NCBI GenBank assembly: GCA_964016885.1
Contig: OZ024752.1
Span: forward strand, 10,044,001 to 10,108,000
Reading direction: 5' to 3'
Source of the DNA: Eledone cirrhosa
Taxonomy: Eukaryota
DNA length: 64,000 nt
A model generated the notes under the pieces. That model worked only from the letters and a program-made list of their open reading frames with translations, ran no database searches and was not told where the DNA came from. Every line of letters begins with the position of its first letter. Within the stretch, counting starts at the first letter, position 1. Both the position numbers and the translations under genes were made by a program. Below are positions 54,140 through 64,000 of the stretch, piece by piece.

Positions 54140-54551
54140 ACGAGGGCAATCCCAAAAGTAAGGTCTCCTTCCGATATTGCAACTTCCGATATTGCAACCT
54201 TTCCGTTAAAATCCTGTGGATGGTGCTTCGCGAAACCTCGGGAACCAAAATGCAGAGAGCATCCAGAGTTATCCGCCGATCTTTACGCATGTTTTCCTCG
54301 GAAGGAGACCTTACTTTCGGGATTGCCGTCGTATATAATAACTGCGCGAAATTCGCACTTGGCGGTAGCGTTCAACGGGAGCTCCATTCTCAACGTCTGC
54401 CAAGCCAAGATTGAGCATCCCAGCGAAGCGCGCGCATGCTTGTTTGGGAGTGAAGGAAGCACCAATCACAAGAGTGTTGCCAACAACCGCACGAACAGTT
54501 TTTCTGCATCCCCATCGCTTTGGAGACCTTACCTTTGGGATTACCCTCATA
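54139..54551 (-). mobile_element. Rearranged mariner derivative with three TIR copies (same family as 8527-9016)
   Basis: TIR at 54141 (+) and inverse TIRs at ~54304-54332 and ~54522-54550. Transposase scraps RKDRRITLDALCILVPEVSRSTIHRILT and MELPLNATAKCEFRAVI on minus. Confidence 0.85.
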
Positions 54552-54586
54552 TATATACACACAGTGATCAGACAAACAAATATAAA

Positions 54587-54623
<37 letters not shown>

Positions 54624-54703
54624 CTGTGAACAATTTGTCAGCATTTTCTATTCCGTTTACCAATATATAATAACTTGTGTGTTACACCTCTATTCTTTTA
54701 ACT

Positions 54704-54744
<41 letters not shown>

Positions 54745-55725
54745 CACAAAGATCAGACAAAACAAAAATATAAACATATATATATATATATACACATACA
54801 TATATTTATGTATGTGTGTATGTGTGTGTGCGTGAGTGTGCTGATCGGCATAACGACAGTTAAAAAAGGAACTCAATACATTACCAGAGTGTAAACATCA
54901 TCCTTTAGATGCCATTCTTATATTAAATAATTATATATGCGTGTGCGTGTGTGTGCGTGCGTGCGTGCGTGCGTGCGTGTGTATGTATGCATATGAACAT
55001 ATATATATATTTATATATATATATACAAGTGTGTATGCATGTATGTAAGTATGTGTGTAAGTATGTGCGCGTAAGTACGTACGTATGTACGAATTTTCCT
55101 CACCCATGTGTGTATGCATGCATGATTGTTTGCATGTATGTACAAACGTACTATGTATGCTTGCGTGTATACGTTATGGTAATTTGTAATTGCATCAGTT
55201 CAGATAGAATCACATTAAACATCATTCGTACATCCGTACACTTTACAAAGAAGTATCAAGCGCCATTACATGATTCATTTTATACAAGGAAATTGAGATA
55301 AACAGAAAATTATCTTTGTATCTCTATTGCATCAAGCATTCACCTTCCAGTAATTCTTGAAATAATGGTATAAAGGATGTGCATGTACTACTTTAAAGAG
55401 GATGAATCACATAGCACAATGCATGCGTATCTTTTCTATTGAAACGAATATAAGCATTATATCTTCTGAGTATATTTATATGTTCTATTCTATATCCGTA
55501 TTATTTTATCACTCGTTCCGTATTTTCCTCTGTCTCCCCGTATATCTTCCTGTCCATCCAATATCTTGCTCTTTATATATTTACACACACACACACACAT
55601 ACACACACATATATATATATATAATTTTGAGTATGTATTGGTTGTTTAGCGACACTTAAGTAAACAGGTTAAAGAACTCAACGAAGTACACAGGTGGGTC
55701 TATTTACTCCGGAGAAATATAAATG

Positions 55726-55784
<59 letters not shown>

Positions 55785-55988
55785 ATATTTGGGGAGGGTC
55801 ATATTTGCGTAATATTGCCAGAATTAATAACAGAACACACTCACTGTTTGGTTGGTTTTCGCTTCTCGCTGTCTTTTATATATATATATCTGCGATCTAA
55901 CTTACTCGGTCCTCAATGTTGCCATTGACTGACCGGCGGTCAAAAATAATACAGATACAATATAGACAAACACATATATATATAGTTT

Positions 55989-56031
55989 ACATAAATCTTT
56001 CGTTGCACATCTGCAACATCGTCAGTGGTGT
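55989..56031 (-). ncRNA. Mirror copy of the PLE hammerhead-like core
   Basis: Exact reverse complement of 60691-60733. Confidence 0.5.
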
Positions 56032-56302
56032 TATATTCATTGTTCCTCCTGTTGTGTTGTATGTCTACGCCATTTTTTTTTGTTCAGTCTGTCTATATAT
56101 TTATTTATTTATTTATTTGCTTGTTTGTTTATCTTATTTTATTTTGTCTTCTTTGCGCATGCGTTTGCGTGTGTGTATAGTGTTATGTGTGATGTGTGAC
56201 TAGTGTGTATAGTGTTGTGTCTGCTGGGTGACTAGTGTGTGTTTATGTGCTTGTGTATGTATTTATTTATCTTATTTTATTTTATTTAATTTACTTATTT
56301 AT

Positions 56303-57769
56303 TTATACTTCTCTTAGGTCAGTGTTGTTTGTTTGGGTGTTGTTGTTGTTCCACTCATTCTTTCTGTTTAGCTTTGGTCTTCTAATTTCTATTTCACTGG
56401 CCTCTCTGATTTGCCTATCTGCTGGGTCATTCCTATGTTTAGATATTATTCTAATTTCTATGTTGTCTATGTTACCGTCATGATGTTGTCTAGCATGTTC
56501 GTATAGTACTGACCCGTTTTTTCGTCCTTTTAGTTCCCCCCAGTGTTGGTCTATCCTTTCACCTATGCTACGAGCTGTCTCACCTATGTATGTTGTTGTC
56601 GTGTTTCTGCAAGTACCCTCTGTACATCTTATGCTATAGACTACGTTTCTAGTTTTACAGTTTATCCGGGGGTTCACCTTACATATGATACATTTCCTAT
56701 TGGTACAGTGGGTTTTCTTAAAAGGGTAGGTTTTGCTGATCAGGGATTTTATGGTGGTTCCTGGCTTTTCTACCACCTTTATTTTTAAGTGGGTCTTTCT
56801 CAGGGCCTTTCTACACTGGTTAGCTAATTTCCCTCCAGGGGTGGCGTCCACAAACATGACACTCTGGTATCTCTGGTTGTCGTACCATGATGTGGCCTTC
56901 CCTATCTTATGTCTAGCCCTATCTAAGCTATTCCATGATTTGCTCCTGTATAGTGGGCAAATTCCTTTCATGTCCAGTTCTATGAGGGTCTTATACTTTT
57001 CCATGGCTCCTTCGTATACTCTGACTCTGTCTCTTTGGTTGTAGCCAGAGAACTGCATGCGGTTGATGAAGTGTTGGATGTGTCCTTCCATTTCTGTTGG
57101 GTCGCACATGCTGGACACATTCTTCATCACTCGTACCAAATCTGCGATCAGAATATTAAACTTAGCACTACTGGACATTGCTGAGTTTTTGAGTATCAGG
57201 TATTTGGAGGCCATGGGTTTAGCATAGTGTGAGTGGAGAATTTGGGCTCTCTCGTCTATAGTGTTAATCCAGAGTTCTGTGTCTAATACAGGTAGTCTAT
57301 TGTTAGGGTGTTTGGAAGGGAAGTCTATAGTTACAGTTATACTCTGGTGTATGGAATTAGCTATCTGCTGGATGCTTTCCATCGTGCTACGTTCTAAATC
57401 AAACTTGTTAGTGCTCTCTAGTGGGGGTGTTCTTATAACTATATTGATATCGTCTACATAACGAGAGTACATGATGAGGTCTATGGAGCTTTCATTAAGG
57501 AGATCTTTAAGTCTCCTTTCCCACCATACCATGAAAAGGTTGGCAACATCGCCAGCTATGCTGACGCCGATGGCTGCTCCCTCATTTTGGGTGTAGATTT
57601 TCTCATTGAACTTAAATATGTGGCCCTTTAGGGTAGTTTTGATACTAGCCCCTATTGCATGTGCGACCATTTTTCTTACCTGATCAGTGTTTTGGGGGGT
57701 CCGTATAGCTTTGGTCCACCCAATCCACCTTCCTATGGGAGTCTTTTTAGCCATTGAGGTTATGGTGGG
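56303..57769 (-). pseudogene. 5'-truncated PLE ORF (RT motifs B'-E, thumb, GIY-YIG)
   Basis: Identical to the C-terminal ~488 aa of the plus-strand ORF except one K>E change. Lacks RT motifs 1, 2 and A. Confidence 0.9.
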
Positions 57770-60419
57770 AAATAGTACATGTAGCAACATCAACAAAAAC
57801 AAGAAACATAATAATAGTAACAACCACAATGGTAGAAATAGCAGTAACAACAACAACAATAACGGTGAAGTAAACAACAATACATCTAGCAATCATAACA
57901 ATAATAATATTAATGCTAAGGATAGAAACAACAACAACCACCATGATAACAATAATAGCAACACACACAACTATGACGATAGAAATAACGACAACCCCTT
58001 AGAGAAACTATTTTTCAACCCAGCTGACAAAACATATAAGATGGGTAATATCTATCCTACGAGGTTACCCTTTAATAAAAGAGTTTGCATACCACAACAA
58101 ATAGATGACGAGACGGAGGCACAGTTCACCATAGCTAGAAATAAGATTAGACAAGTAGTAGACAGGTACACTATGAGACAGAGCAGACCAGAGGCCCAAC
58201 AACTTGGGATAAAACCTGTAGAAGGCTTGGTTAGCCTCAAGCAGCGCACAAGGGATGGTGAGGTAGTGTGTCTACCCACAGATAAGTCTGGTAGGATGTC
58301 AATAGATAGCATGCCGAACTACATCGAGGCAATGCAACCCCACATCACCAACACGAGCGAAGTTGCACAACTAACACACGATGGGAGAGAAAAAATCCTC
58401 AACGCTCACATGATGATGTGGACTGACATCCTAAAGCCAAGCAGACGCACTGCCAACAACAAAGCCAGGAACCACCATAAAATGGCGTCTAACAATGGCA
58501 TACCACCCTTGTATGGGCTCCGCAAAGACCACAAGACAGTCGACGACCCGACAATAGGACCACCAACAAGACCTGTATGCGGAGCTAATATAGCTAGCAA
58601 CTACAGGATCTCCTACTTCCTCTCAATGGTTATACGCCCCATAATCAAGATGTCCCCAGATGTATGTGAAAGTACAGAGGACCTCCTCAGCAGAATCAGT
58701 GAGTGCAACAAAAACAGGAGCCTATCCAACTGCATAATAGGCAGCATGGATGTGGTGTCACTGTACCCATCCATTAACATTGATTTTGCTGTGAAAAGAT
58801 GTGTGGAGATGATCATTGAGAGTGAGGTGGAGTTCTGCGACGTCGACACAGACGAACTGGGCCTCCTACTTAGACTTACCTACGACACTGACTACCTAGA
58901 CAGCCATGACCTTAGATGTTTCTGCCCTAGTAGACCTATAAGAGGTAGACCCCCCACCATAACCTCAATGGCTAAAAAGACTCCCATAGGAAGGTGGATT
59001 GGGTGGACCAAAGCTATACGGACCCCCCAAAACACTGATCAGGTAAGAAAAATGGTCGCACATGCAATAGGGGCTAGTATCAAAACTACCCTAAAGGGCC
59101 ACATATTTAAGTTCAATGAGAAAATCTACACCCAAAATGAGGGAGCAGCCATCGGCGTCAGCATAGCTGGCGATGTTGCCAACCTTTTCATGGTATGGTG
59201 GGAAAGGAGACTTAAAGATCTCCTTAATGAAAGCTCCATAGACCTCATCATGTACTCTCGTTATGTAGACGATATCAATATAGTTATAAGAACACCCCCA
59301 CTAGAGAGCACTAACAAGTTTGATTTAGAACGTAGCACGATGGAAAGCATCCAGCAGATAGCTAATTCCATACACCAGAGTATAACTGTAACTATAGACT
59401 TCCCTTCCAAACACCCTAACAATAGACTACCTGTATTAGACACAGAACTCTGGATTAACACTATAGACGAGAGAGCCCAAATTCTCCACTCACACTATGC
59501 TAAACCCATGGCCTCCAAATACCTGATACTCAAAAACTCAGCAATGTCCAGTAGTGCTAAGTTTAATATTCTGATCGCAGATTTGGTACGAGTGATGAAG
59601 AATGTGTCCAGCATGTGCGACCCAACAGAAATGGAAGGACACATCCAACACTTCATCAACCGCATGCAGTTCTCTGGCTACAACCAAAGAGACAGAGTCA
59701 GAGTATACGAAGGAGCCATGAAAAAGTATAAGACCCTCATAGAACTGGACATGAAAGGAATTTGCCCACTATACAGGAGCAAATCATGGAATAGCTTAGA
59801 TAGGGCTAGACATAAGATAGGGAAGGCCACATCATGGTACGACAACCAGAGATACCAGAGTGTCATGTTTGTGGACGCCACCCCTGGAGGGAAATTAGCT
59901 AACCAGTGTAGAAAGGCCCTGAGAAAGACCCACTTAAAAATAAAGGTGGTAGAAAAGCCAGGAACCACCATAAAATCCCTGATCAGCAAAACCTACCCTT
60001 TTAAGAAAACCCACTGTACCAATAGGAAATGTATCATATGTAAGGTGAACCCCCGGATAAACTGTAAAACTAGAAACGTAGTCTATAGCATAAGATGTAC
60101 AGAGGGTACTTGCAGAAACACGACAACAACATACATAGGTGAGACAGCTCGTAGCATAGGTGAAAGGATAGACCAACACTGGGGGGAACTAAAAGGACGA
60201 AAAAACGGGTCAGTACTATACGAACATGCTAGACAACATCATGACGGTAACATAGACAACATAGAAATTAGAATAATATCTAAACATAGGAATGACCCAG
60301 CAGATAGGCAAATCAGAGAGGCCAGTGAAATAGAAATTAGAAGACCAAAGCTAAACAGAAAGAATGAGTGGAACAACAACAACACCCAAACAAACAACAC
60401 TGACCTAAGAGAAGTATAA
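57687..60419 (+). CDS. Penelope-like reverse transcriptase / GIY-YIG endonuclease polyprotein (true start uncertain; first ATG in unique sequence is 58041, giving 792 aa)
   Basis: Uninterrupted frame with PTDKSG, LYGLRKDHK, TRPVCG, SMDVVSLYPSI, QNEGAAIG..IAGDVANLFM, YSRYVDD (59262-59273), LPVLD, HYAKP, Cys linker CTNRKCIIC..NC, and VVYSIRC....C...YIGET.R...R..QH...H...REA..I...P.LN. The first ~28 codons come from the inverted arm. Confidence 0.93.
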   Translation: MFWGVRIALVHPIHLPMGVFLAIEVMVGNSTCSNINKNKKHNNSNNHNGRNSSNNNNNNGEVNNNTSSNHNNNNINAKDRNNNNHHDNNNSNTHNYDDRNNDNPLEKLFFNPADKTYKMGNIYPTRLPFNKRVCIPQQIDDETEAQFTIARNKIRQVVDRYTMRQSRPEAQQLGIKPVEGLVSLKQRTRDGEVVCLPTDKSGRMSIDSMPNYIEAMQPHITNTSEVAQLTHDGREKILNAHMMMWTDILKPSRRTANNKARNHHKMASNNGIPPLYGLRKDHKTVDDPTIGPPTRPVCGANIASNYRISYFLSMVIRPIIKMSPDVCESTEDLLSRISECNKNRSLSNCIIGSMDVVSLYPSINIDFAVKRCVEMIIESEVEFCDVDTDELGLLLRLTYDTDYLDSHDLRCFCPSRPIRGRPPTITSMAKKTPIGRWIGWTKAIRTPQNTDQVRKMVAHAIGASIKTTLKGHIFKFNEKIYTQNEGAAIGVSIAGDVANLFMVWWERRLKDLLNESSIDLIMYSRYVDDINIVIRTPPLESTNKFDLERSTMESIQQIANSIHQSITVTIDFPSKHPNNRLPVLDTELWINTIDERAQILHSHYAKPMASKYLILKNSAMSSSAKFNILIADLVRVMKNVSSMCDPTEMEGHIQHFINRMQFSGYNQRDRVRVYEGAMKKYKTLIELDMKGICPLYRSKSWNSLDRARHKIGKATSWYDNQRYQSVMFVDATPGGKLANQCRKALRKTHLKIKVVEKPGTTIKSLISKTYPFKKTHCTNRKCIICKVNPRINCKTRNVVYSIRCTEGTCRNTTTTYIGETARSIGERIDQHWGELKGRKNGSVLYEHARQHHDGNIDNIEIRIISKHRNDPADRQIREASEIEIRRPKLNRKNEWNNNNTQTNNTDLREV

Positions 60420-60690
60420 ATAAATAAGTAAATTAAATTAAATAAAATAAGATAAATAAATACATACACAAGCACATAAACACACACTAGTCACCCAGCA
60501 GACACAACACTATACACACTAGTCACACATCACACATAACACTATACACACACGCAAACGCATGCGCAAAGAAGACAAAATAAAATAAGATAAACAAACA
60601 AGCAAATAAATAAATAAATAAATATATAGACAGACTGAACAAAAAAAAATGGCGTAGACATACAACACAACAGGAGGAACAATGAATATA

Positions 60691-60733
60691 ACACCACTGA
60701 CGATGTTGCAGATGTGCAACGAAAGATTTATGT
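60691..60733 (+). ncRNA. Minimal hammerhead-like core in the PLE 3' UTR/pLTR
   Basis: CTGACGA-T-GTTGCA(GATG)TGCAAC-GAAA-GATT-TA. Perfect 6 bp stem II and near-palindromic AGATTT stem III, but stem I is only ~2 bp. Confidence 0.5.
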
Positions 60734-61000
60734 AAACTATATATATATGTGTTTGTCTATATTGTATCTGTATTATTTTTGACCGCCGGTCAGTCAATGG
60801 CAACATTGAGGACCGAGTAAGTTAGATCGCAGATATATATATATAAAAGACAGCGAGAAGCGAAAACCAACCAAACAGTGAGTGTGTTCTGTTATTAATT
60901 CTGGCAATATTACGCAAATATGACCCTCCCCAAATATAACAATATCTGTTTCGACACACGATTTCATATAAAAAACCTCGCAAAACTAATTCATCGCCGC

Positions 61001-61031
<31 letters not shown>

Positions 61032-61226
61032 GTGAGGTATTTTTACAAAATGAAAAAAAAAAAACGAGGTGTCCTACATGAGTGAATGTATAAGAAAAAA
61101 AGATGAAATCGAAAATGCAACTGGGGTCTTTTTTTTTTTAAATATATATTTATTTGGTTCCTTTACCGGTTCCGCAGTTCTTCTGCTTTTCAAAGGTAGA
61201 GTTGAGACGAAGTGTTTGTCGTTTCA

Positions 61227-61383
<157 letters not shown>

Positions 61384-62309
61384 TTAAGTGCACATCAGAT
61401 ATGTTCAATCATAGGGGATCAACAACCATCAGAGTGACGAACATATTAACTACGGAAGGAATGGTGAATATAAATCAATTAAAATAATATATTAAATTGC
61501 ACTAACCATCAACTTATAACTATACCACCCAGCCGTGCTCAAATAAGGGACGTTTTGCTATAATAAGTGAAGATTACATATTGTAGATGTACCTCATGCC
61601 GGATCCTCTAGCAATACGATCAACACCTCTAAACATATATTAAATAACTAAGAATACACACATGGTATAGAGAAATGACATGTGCATTTTATAGCCCATG
61701 GGGGTGCGAATAGATCCGAAGACCGCTAAAAATAGCTGATCAGAACCATTCTACTTATATAAAGAAATGAATCGGGAAACATTATATCAAATTAAAACAA
61801 ATAATAATTTTCTCTCCCTGTCTCGTAAATATATATATATATATATGAATTAATGTACGCCTTGTATATTTATAATATACTGTTAGACTGCATGCTTATT
61901 TTAAAACATTTTGAAGGCCTTTTGCTATGAATTTAAGGTAGCGTCTATAGTCAAATAACTAGCTTTAGCAAAATCAAAGGGAAATAACTCAGGATTGATC
62001 GTTTCACGCTGTTTCGCGGTTATCAAGGCTATATATCGTCTGTTTTTGCTGTGAGCTGAAGAAGCTGGATTCTTATAGAATACCAATTATGTTTATGAGT
62101 TGTTTAAACTCATTAACATACAAAGCGGTTGCCCAGCAACAATTAGAAATTTGTATTGGAGTTCTGAAATAGCGACGTATATATAAACATACGTATTATA
62201 TATTTAATAAGATACTCTATATTTATTTTAAAAAATCCATAGCGAAAGGCTTTCAAAATCTTATGGTAGCGACTATAGTCACATACCTAACTGCTGCAAA
62301 AACAAAGGG

Positions 62310-62342
<33 letters not shown>

Positions 62343-62478
62343 TTCCAGAAATAGTCGTCGAACGGCTTGAGCTCTGCCGTCGAGGTTAAACATTTTCCTA
62401 TTACCCATTCTACTACCCTAATTATTGAGTACTCTGGTGCCTTATGGTCTATCTGGTTCCTTACCACACCACCTTCGT

Positions 62479-62511
<33 letters not shown>

Positions 62512-62673
62512 CGTATTTCCCGGCGCAGAAAATGCTTCGTCTTCGAGGACCCACCCTAAAATTTTCAACGAACAATAATAAACAACCTCTGGCCTCCAGG
62601 ATGTATAGTAGAATTTTGAGACTTATTTTGGGAAAAAGTACCATCTTCGACGTCGGGAAATACGGTATATATA

Positions 62674-62706
<33 letters not shown>

Positions 62707-63234
62707 ATATAATAAATGTAATCTGGTAGTTTCTAATAATAATATTCGATTCGTTTGCAATTATGCAGTCAAGCCTATTGTTTAAAGCCTTGCAGTTCTG
62801 TTTACGTAAAAATTCCTTTCAGGTATTTTCATTATTGTGTTAGCTTGTCAATACAATCGTATTCAATAGTGAAACTCTACAATTTCTACTTTGGAGGATA
62901 TAACAATGGCAGTTTCAAGAGTTGATAACAAAGTACACACTTTTGAAATCACATTCTGATTTGTTATATTAAATAATTAATATGTACAGCACAGCTGGTG
63001 GATACTACCAGCTTATTAAATAATAAAAAAAAGATTTAATTATGCAAACTTTACTATAGTCAATATTTTCACATCGCCTTTCGTCATTACCAAAGTATCT
63101 TTTTAGCATTACGTTTCTTGTCAAACATATATATTGCATGTAATCCCACGTACCTATGGCTTATTTAGGCAGATTTCAGCCCCATTTTGTTTCATACTGA
63201 ATTCACTCAGTTGCAAGAATATATATATATATAT

Positions 63235-63486
63235 ATCATCATTTTACATTCGCTTTTCCCTGCTTGCAAGGGTTGCACGGGTCCTATTCAGCACAGTATC
63301 TCTCCACTTGTCACGGTCATTTGTCATCTCCTCGGTGAGTTTCAGTGATCTGAAGTCTGCTCTCACCACCTCCACCCATGTTTTTCGTTGTCTACCTCTA
63401 CTGCGTCTTCCTTCTACTGGGATTTATTGGCACTTCTTTACCCAGCGGTCATCCTCCATGCGCATCACATGTCCATACCATCTCAA
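63235..63486 (-). mobile_element. RTE LINE 3' end (different family)
   Basis: Minus translation LRWYGHVMRMEDDRWVKKCQ*IPVEGRRSRGRQRKTWVEVVRAD...DRDKWR. Confidence 0.85.
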
Positions 63487-63928
63487 TGAAAATAATAACA
63501 AATTGTTTCCGAAGAAGACGGTCTGATCGAACCTATGTATGAAGTCTCTTAGTATACAGTTATATAACTGCTATAGATCAGTTAATATATCAATATGATA
63601 AACCCTCCGAAACGATCGTAAAACAATGATAGGAATAGGTAAAATAAATCGAGTTTGTTGTTATTATTTTCATTGTTAAATTAATACCTAATATCTGACT
63701 TGGTATCAACGGAATTAACTCAGCGGAACACGGATCATTTCTATGGACTTCACTGGATTACTCGCCATCAGATTGCATTGAGTTCTATCTTCGGTATGGA
63801 CCCTACCATCAAGGGTAGATTACATTGAGACAAACAAATATATATATAATAAAATGTTGTAGTTGGCTTAAAACATTTTATATAATATATAATGAGGAAA
63901 CGGATATACAGCTAAACAATGGAAAACG

Positions 63929-64000
63929 AATTGTTTCTACTTTGGCACAAGGACAGCAATTACCCTGTGCATCTCTAGTACTTTATTTTATCGACCCCGT
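63929..64000 (-). mobile_element. SINE family A 3' end, cut by the window edge
   Basis: AATTGTTTCTACTTTGGCACAAGG...TACTTTATTTTATCGACCCCGT. Confidence 0.8.

Larger units (their letters stand above)
55777..61000. mobile_element. Penelope-like element (PLE) composite: inverted 5'-truncated copy + longer copy + tail, in (TA)n
   Basis: 55777-57769 is the reverse complement of 58953-60945 (paired coordinates sum to 116722). Unique spacer 57770-58952; tail 60946-61000; (TA)n on both flanks. Confidence 0.93.

Noticed and set aside
55916-57461. Plus-strand ORFs within the left PLE arm (and their mirrors at 59261-60806)
   Set aside because: Antisense shadows of the PLE ORF and UTR.
55777-60945. Interpretation as a DNA transposon/Polinton or DIRS element with long TIRs
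   Set aside because: No transposase, integrase, polB or tyrosine recombinase. The arms are simply the 3' part of the RT-EN unit truncated mid-ORF.
60420-60945. SECIS/selenoprotein PLE (Naiad-like)
   Set aside because: The ORF has no in-frame TGA and the endonuclease is C-terminal; no clear SECIS seen.

Overview
AT-rich, microsatellite-saturated eukaryotic DNA. The SINE repertoire and (TA)n/(CA)n density suggest an octopus-like cephalopod (inference). I found no supportable host-gene exon; almost all ORF-track entries are microsatellite translations or transposon debris. The dominant feature is a very young Penelope-like retroelement (RT plus C-terminal GIY-YIG endonuclease, 57770-61000). It is fused head-to-head to a ~2 kb, near-identical inverted copy of its own 3' part (55777-57769), and the unit sits in a (TA)n tract with a ~55 bp tail on one arm only. 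The same asymmetric-palindrome-in-(TA)n architecture recurs in miniature in several unrelated short elements. At least seven loci carry hammerhead-ribozyme-like cores, two essentially complete (7688-7733, 38664-38730). The rest comprises >20 copies of a tRNA-derived SINE, a second SINE family, RTE fragments (two with twin-priming-type inversions), CRE and R4/Dong-like endonuclease fragments, mariner/Tc1 relics, non-autonomous Helitrons and minisatellites. Coordinates of degenerate repeats are approximate.
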